DNA of 12,601 nucleotides, taken from NCBI GenBank assembly GCA_039801225.1, contig JBDRUH010000047.1, forward strand, positions 1 to 12,601, written 5' to 3'. The position numbers and the translations under genes are program-made. The first letter of the stretch is position 1; the number at the start of each line of letters is the position of its first letter. Source of the stretch: a candidate division WOR-3 bacterium (GTDB lineage: Bacteria; Hydrothermota; Tepidihabitantia; Tepidihabitantales; Tepidihabitantaceae). This document shows, piece by piece, positions 7,632 through 12,601 of the stretch. A model generated the notes under the pieces. The model saw only the letters and a program-made list of their open reading frames with translations. It was not told the DNA's origin and searched no databases.

Positions 7632-7973
7632 ATGTGGACAGTTAGAGTAAGCAGAAGTTTCAGCGCGGCTCATTTCATCTCCGGAAAAGGTAGTAAGTGC
7701 GAAAAGATGCATGGGCATAATTATCGGGTGGAGGTGGCGGTAAGTTCCCAAACTCTTCAGCCAGGAGGAATGGTAGTTGATTTTGTTGAACTGCGCTCCC
7801 GACTGGAAAGTGTTTTACCCGACCATCGGCTCTTAAATGAGGTGTATGGATTTATCCCAACAGCCGAGAACCTCGCCCGACACTTTTATGAGGAGTTGGT
7901 AAAGTTTTATCCCGTGAGCAAGGTAACCGTCTGGGAGAACGAGGAGTGCTGTGCCGAGTTTGTTCCGGATTAA
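7632..7973 (+). CDS. queD: 6-carboxy-5,6,7,8-tetrahydropterin synthase (PTPS-I / QueD)
   Basis: FSAAH, CxxxHGH (CEKMHGHNY), GMVVDF, DHRLLN, PTAENLA and VWE motifs. Confidence 0.92.
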   Translation: MWTVRVSRSFSAAHFISGKGSKCEKMHGHNYRVEVAVSSQTLQPGGMVVDFVELRSRLESVLPDHRLLNEVYGFIPTAENLARHFYEELVKFYPVSKVTVWENEECCAEFVPD

Positions 7974-9499
7974 GGAAGAATAATTGCTTTAATAGGTCTT
8001 AAGATATTTTTCTTCTCCCTTAAGGTAATAAAGTAAACACCGGGGCCGGGAAAGGTTATATTTTCATTTAAGCCGTTGGCAACAAAGAGCCTTCTACCGG
8101 TCTCATCGTGAACCGCTACTAATGCTACACCATTTGATAAAAAGAGTTCTTTTCTAAATATTACTGTAGGGCAAACCTTCAGGTTTGCTTCTGGAAAAGC
8201 AACAAGTTGTGGAAATGGCTGGTGGGGCAAAGCCCGGGTTAGTTCCAGCGCCCGCCAGGCGTTAACTAAACCATAGCCAAACCGGTCATCTTTTCCTGCA
8301 GTGCCCATATCTATTGCCGAGATGTTAATTATCGCCCGGGCTTGGCTGGGGCTGAGATTAGGGTTAAGAGCGATAATCAATGCTGCTATGCCGGCGACTT
8401 CAGGAGCCGCCATTGATGTTCCCTGGGCCTCTTTATATGAGTTACCAAGCGCGGTGGAGTATATCGCTACGCCCGGGGCGATCACCTCCTGTTCGGGTCC
8501 GTAGTTGGAAAAACTGGCAAGTTCCGATAGTTCGTCCATTGCGCCCACCGCGATGCATTCGGGCAGTCGTGCGGGATAGGTGATGCTTGACTGACCATCA
8601 TTTCCCGAGGCGGCAACGAGCACCGCTCCTTTGTTATAAGCGTATTGGCAGGCTTCTTTCAACGGTGTTGATGAGGAACTGCCGCCTAAACTCATATTAA
8701 TTACTCTGGCACCATGGTCTGCTGCCCAGCGGATTGCCAGCGCCACATCGGATAGTGTGCCATTTCCGGAGTCGTTAAGCGCACGGACCGCAAGGATTTG
8801 AACCTGAGCCCAGCCGGCAACACCTATCAGATTGTTACTCACCGCCGCGATTATTCCTGCTACATGGGTCCCATGAAATGCCTCTGGAATATTGGGATTG
8901 TCCGGTTTTGGGTCTTCGTCCCGACCAACAAAATCATAGCCAAGCTCACCCTGGTGAAAATTTGCGGTTAGGTCCTGATGCCAGTATTCCACGCCATTAT
9001 CAACCACCGCCACTTTCACAGGGCTACCAGACCCGGTGGTTATGTCCCAGGCACGGTCGGCATACATCACCCATTTATCCCATTGTTTCTCAAGAAAAAA
9101 TGGGTCATTAGGAATGTGACAGATTGATGCGAAAAAGTCAGGCTCAAAGAATCTTATACCAGGAGTCATAACCATTTTTTGTTTCAGTTTTTCGTAGGAG
9201 ATATCAACAGGAAACTCGGTAGTAAGGAATAAAGCATCGTGATGGACTTCTTTAACCTGTCCACCGGTTTCGTTAATCAGAGAAATGATTTCAGTTAAAG
9301 CCTTAGGTTCAAATCCCAATACAAATCTACCTAATGGGTATTTTGTCGGGGATAGAGAGGAAGGAATTGTGGTTTTGGAACAGGTAAGATTTTCATACTC
9401 CTTTTCTAACAACAGCACCTTTTGAATATCTTCGGCAGATATAGATGGACAATTGGGTCGGAAAATTAGTGGAATAAGAAGGAGAAATAGATTCATCAT
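7970..9499 (-). CDS. Secreted S8 subtilisin-like (thermitase-type) serine peptidase with a probable T9SS C-terminal sorting domain
   Basis: Catalytic triad VAVVDNG / HGTHVAG / GTSMAAP and oxyanion AASGN; hydrophobic N-terminus and prodomain; tail VHDETGR...PGVYFITL...KAIILP. Confidence 0.92.
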   Translation of the reverse strand: MMNLFLLLIPLIFRPNCPSISAEDIQKVLLLEKEYENLTCSKTTIPSSLSPTKYPLGRFVLGFEPKALTEIISLINETGGQVKEVHHDALFLTTEFPVDISYEKLKQKMVMTPGIRFFEPDFFASICHIPNDPFFLEKQWDKWVMYADRAWDITTGSGSPVKVAVVDNGVEYWHQDLTANFHQGELGYDFVGRDEDPKPDNPNIPEAFHGTHVAGIIAAVSNNLIGVAGWAQVQILAVRALNDSGNGTLSDVALAIRWAADHGARVINMSLGGSSSSTPLKEACQYAYNKGAVLVAASGNDGQSSITYPARLPECIAVGAMDELSELASFSNYGPEQEVIAPGVAIYSTALGNSYKEAQGTSMAAPEVAGIAALIIALNPNLSPSQARAIINISAIDMGTAGKDDRFGYGLVNAWRALELTRALPHQPFPQLVAFPEANLKVCPTVIFRKELFLSNGVALVAVHDETGRRLFVANGLNENITFPGPGVYFITLREKKNILRPIKAIILP

Positions 9500-10179
9500 T
9501 GCTGGATAACAAACCTTGCCCAGTAGGTTTGGGTTTTTCCGGTGGTATTAAGGAAGACCAGATAGAATTTGCCCGCGGTATTTAACTGATAATTAAGGGT
9601 CAGTTCGGCGCTATTCTCTTTTTCAAAAAGCGGAATATAGGATTTGCCCGAGCGGTATTTATCAAAGTTTGACTGGTCAAGGAGGGAAAAACGGCTGATG
9701 GTTCCCCCTGAAGTTGCCCGGGCATCACCCAAAACAGTTTCTCCGGTGGCGCCATCAAAGTTAACCCACCAGTAGTAATGGTCCTGGAGGATAATCTGAC
9801 CGTGAAACACATTGCGCTGAGCACTTTTAAAAATCTGCACCCGGACCGTATCGCTATAGCCCTTATTATTAGCGAGGTCGGTGGCAATGCAGAAGATTTG
9901 ATGCCAGGAGTTTTCAGAAAGTTGTCGGGTATCCCATTCCGCGGTAGCCTGAGAATTGCTATCCAGGGCAATGAGCGAACCATCAACATAGAACTCAATC
10001 GCCGCAACACCGACAGAATCAAATGCCTCGGCTTGAATTTTGACAATCCCTGAGACTAACGCTGAATCAGATGGCGAGGAAATGATGCAGACTGGTGGCG
10101 TTTTATCCAGTTTTATAAGAAGGTCACAGGCGACAAGGATTAAGAAGAGCGGTGTAAAGAGCCAGACCTTAAATTTCAT
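9496..10179 (-). CDS. Putative lipoprotein with a bacterial Ig-like domain and a C-terminal beta-sandwich
   Basis: MKFK plus hydrophobic stretch and lipobox LVAC; Ig-like pattern DKTPPVCIISSP...VSGIVKIQAEAFDSVGVAAIEFYVDG...WDT...ATDLANN. Overlaps both neighbours. Alternative start GTG 10188. Confidence 0.8.
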   Translation of the reverse strand: MKFKVWLFTPLFLILVACDLLIKLDKTPPVCIISSPSDSALVSGIVKIQAEAFDSVGVAAIEFYVDGSLIALDSNSQATAEWDTRQLSENSWHQIFCIATDLANNKGYSDTVRVQIFKSAQRNVFHGQIILQDHYYWWVNFDGATGETVLGDARATSGGTISRFSLLDQSNFDKYRSGKSYIPLFEKENSAELTLNYQLNTAGKFYLVFLNTTGKTQTYWARFVIQQ

Positions 10180-11548
10180 ACTCCTCACCCTTTTTCGGGA
10201 TAATCACCTCCGGAATACCGAGTTGTTTAATGGGCTCAACCATTGCCTCGGCTGCGGGTAATTCCGAATGAACTAAAAAAACCTTTTTTAACCTTCTCAA
10301 ACGGATATTCTGGACATAGTTCAAAAGACCATTACGGTCGGCATGGGCACTGAACTCATCCATCACCACCACTTCGGCATTGAGTTTATACTCCTCGCCC
10401 AATATTTTTACCACCGGCTCTTTTTCCGCAATCTTTCTTCCCAGGGTATGTTCAGCCTGGTAAGAGACAATAAGAATTAAGTTACGGGGGTCGGTGATTG
10501 AATGTTTAAGGTGATGGAGGACCCTGCCACCCTCGCACATCCCTGACGGAGAAATGATGATGCAGGGCTCGGAGAAATGGTTCAATTTCTTTGACTCTTC
10601 AGGATCATCAATATACTGCAAACCGGGGAAGTCAAAAGGTCCGTTGCCATCGTCTATTAAAGAGCGGGTTTCCTCATCAAAATAAGCCATACTATTACGA
10701 TACACTTCAGTTACCCTGCTGGCAAGAGGGCTATCAACGAATATCGGAATAAGAGGAATTTCGCCCTTCTGTCTTAGAACCCGGAGGTTATAAACAATCT
10801 CCTGTGCCCTTTCTACCGCGAAAGCCGGAATGACTATTCTACCACCGCGTTTGTAAACCCGGTTGATGATATCAAGAAGTCGGTTGCCCACATCGTTATA
10901 GTTGCCGTGCAGTTTATTGCCATAGGTTGCCTCCATAATCAAAAAGTCAACTTCGGAAACTTGCACCGGGTCGCAAAGGATAGGCATCTTTGCCCTACCT
11001 AAGTCACCGGTAAAGACCACCCTTTTCCCTTCAACTTCAATATCAACTATTGCTGAGCCGAGGATATGCCCGGCGTCGTGAAAAAAGATGGTGAATGGAC
11101 CAAGGCGCTCAGGTTTAGCATAATTTATTCCGGTTATTCTTTTGAGGGCGTGTTCGGCGTCGGTGGTATTATAAATGGGTTTAACTGGCTTTTCCCCGAG
11201 TTTCTGCCTCTTTTTGTTTAAGTAGCGAGTATCCGCCTCCTGAATTTTTGCCGAATCAATTAAAAGCAGATGGGCAAGGGCACAAGAAGGTTTGGTCATT
11301 AGCACCGGTCCTTTAAAACCATTCTTGATTAGATTGGGTAAATTACCAATATGGTCAATATGGGCATGGCTTGTAACACACCAGTCAATTTCTTTTGCGG
11401 AAAAAGGGAGATGGCGGTTTATTTCCTCTGCTTCTGCCCGATGCCCTTGAAAAAGTCCGCACTCTAAGAGTAACTGGCGTCCGTTAGATTTCAGAATGTG
11501 CTGAGAGCCGGTTACGGTTCTTACGCCACCCCAGAACTGGACTTTCAC
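10169..11548 (-). CDS. MBL-fold beta-CASP nuclease (YSH1/CPSF73-like RNase)
   Basis: HAHIDH, AGHILG, TGDLG, EATYG, IPAFAVERAQE, SGMCEGGRVLHHL, FSAHAD and LVHSE motifs; GTGA overlap with nfo. Confidence 0.93.
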   Translation of the reverse strand: MKVQFWGGVRTVTGSQHILKSNGRQLLLECGLFQGHRAEAEEINRHLPFSAKEIDWCVTSHAHIDHIGNLPNLIKNGFKGPVLMTKPSCALAHLLLIDSAKIQEADTRYLNKKRQKLGEKPVKPIYNTTDAEHALKRITGINYAKPERLGPFTIFFHDAGHILGSAIVDIEVEGKRVVFTGDLGRAKMPILCDPVQVSEVDFLIMEATYGNKLHGNYNDVGNRLLDIINRVYKRGGRIVIPAFAVERAQEIVYNLRVLRQKGEIPLIPIFVDSPLASRVTEVYRNSMAYFDEETRSLIDDGNGPFDFPGLQYIDDPEESKKLNHFSEPCIIISPSGMCEGGRVLHHLKHSITDPRNLILIVSYQAEHTLGRKIAEKEPVVKILGEEYKLNAEVVVMDEFSAHADRNGLLNYVQNIRLRRLKKVFLVHSELPAAEAMVEPIKQLGIPEVIIPKKGEEYEI

Positions 11549-12384
11549 TTTACCAGACTCCGCACGGTGCGCATATTTTCTAAGTCCTCTTTTGGACCGG
11601 TGCGCGGTGTCTCCATTATCGCGGGTAGATTCTTCAAAAGCGGATGGTTGATAATTTCCTTAAACCCTTTAACCCCAATCTCGCCTTTGCCGATATGCCA
11701 GTGCCGGTCAACTCTTGAGCCTAATTTGGTCTTGGAGTCATTGAGATGGATGAGGTAAAGTCGGGCAAAACCGATTGCCCGGTCAAACTGCCGCAAGGTT
11801 TCATCAATACCCGCCTTGGTCCGCCACTCATAGCCCGCCTCAAAAGAGTGAGCGGTATCAAGGGTTACACCGATGCGGTCCTTATCTTCCACGCCTTCAA
11901 TTATCTCGGCAATCTGCTCAAAACGATAACCAATCTCCGAACCCATTCCGGCGGTGTTCTCCAAAAGGATTTTTACCCGGTTGGCAGCGAGACCGAGGAT
12001 TCGGTTGACATTTTCAGTTACCCGCTTGATTGCGGTGCTTTCATCATCGCCCATTGCCTTACCTACATGGACAACCAAAAAATCAATCCCCAAAATTGCA
12101 CATCGCCGCAGTTCTTCAGTTATCGTCTCTATTGAGCGTTTTTTTAATACCGGGTCAAGAGCGGCAAGATTGGGCAGATAGGGTGCATGGGCAAAAACCG
12201 GGCTAATTTCCGATTCTTTGATATCCTTCTTGAACTCAACCACATCTTTTTCATCCAATTTTGCCGCACCCCAGCCTCTCGGCGTTCTGGTGAACAGTTG
12301 AATTGACTCGCATCCCAGTGCCTCCGCCCTTTCCCGAACTTTGGCAAAGCCGCCGGCAATAGATATGTGGAAGCCAAACCGCAT
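11545..12384 (-). CDS. nfo: Endonuclease IV (AP endonuclease family 2)
   Basis: GFHISIAGG, HAPYLPNL, VVHVG, LENTAG, DTAHSF, HLNDSK, DRHWHIGKGEIG and METP zinc-ligand motifs. ATG 12384 is preferred over 12405. Confidence 0.95.
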   Translation of the reverse strand: MRFGFHISIAGGFAKVRERAEALGCESIQLFTRTPRGWGAAKLDEKDVVEFKKDIKESEISPVFAHAPYLPNLAALDPVLKKRSIETITEELRRCAILGIDFLVVHVGKAMGDDESTAIKRVTENVNRILGLAANRVKILLENTAGMGSEIGYRFEQIAEIIEGVEDKDRIGVTLDTAHSFEAGYEWRTKAGIDETLRQFDRAIGFARLYLIHLNDSKTKLGSRVDRHWHIGKGEIGVKGFKEIINHPLLKNLPAIMETPRTGPKEDLENMRTVRSLVK

Positions 12385-12394
12385 TACTGATTTA

Positions 12395-12422
12395 AAAATA
12401 TCCATTATTCCTAAAGAGTCAA
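12395..12422 (-). promoter_or_regulatory. Putative sigma70 promoter of the nfo operon
   Basis: Minus-strand TTGACT (12422-12417), 16-nt spacer, TATTTT (12400-12395). Confidence 0.4.
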
Positions 12423-12494
12423 ATGAGCCCTATCGTGTTGGCGTAGTCCAATCCGTTCCTTAAAAGGCACTACCCTCAGGCTTGAATACGGAAA

Positions 12495-12540
12495 ATGAGC
12501 GTCATTGCGAGAAGAAAAAGCGACGAAGCAATCCCCTCAT
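12495..12540 (-). repeat. Simple (un-nested) copy of the REP-like palindrome, inverted relative to the 5' copies
   Basis: GTCATTGCGAG-AAGAAAAAG-CGACGAAGCAATC (12501-12533) is the reverse complement of GATTGCTTCG...CGCAATGAC. Flanking ATGAG/CTCAT extend the stem. Confidence 0.8.
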
Positions 12541-12546
12541 TATGAG

Positions 12547-12601
12547 AAACTCTAAATTCTAAACAAGTTCAAAGCACAAATGTTCTAAATCCAAAATGTT
12601 T
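12547..12601. repeat. Degenerate AT-rich heptamer tract (AAAYTCT-like), truncated by the window end
   Basis: AAACTCT AAATTCT AAACAAG ttc AAAGCAC AAATGTT ct AAATCCA AAATGTT. Confidence 0.6.

Noticed and set aside
896..12377. Remaining short antisense or alternate-frame ORFs in the track
   Set aside because: They are shadows of well-supported genes, with no motifs of their own.
12421..12494. Structured ncRNA or riboswitch upstream of nfo
   Set aside because: Only a weak GTAGT/ACTAC pairing is visible and there is no motif of a family I recognise. An Rfam search would be needed.

Overview
This is a bacterial chromosomal window. PorV, a T9SS-like C-terminal tail and the gene content suggest an FCB-affiliated anaerobe such as candidate division WOR-3, but this is inference only. 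On the + strand there is a P-loop NTPase, a four-subunit VOR-type 2-oxoacid:ferredoxin oxidoreductase (delta, alpha/VorB, beta, gamma) and a PorV-family barrel. comEC (-) and a lone queD (+) are divergent. A translationally coupled - strand operon encodes endonuclease IV, a beta-CASP metallo-beta-lactamase nuclease, an Ig-domain lipoprotein and an S8 subtilase. The coding content is mostly ordinary, and the unusual signal is in the non-coding DNA. (1) A degenerate 12-bp-period array (272-547) reads Leu about every 4th codon on both strands and lies between nested palindromic REP-like elements. (2) A third, inverted copy of that element lies at 12501. (3) Three different 7-bp-period tracts are present. 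The one at the beta/gamma junction would fuse the two subunits in frame if it lost one unit.
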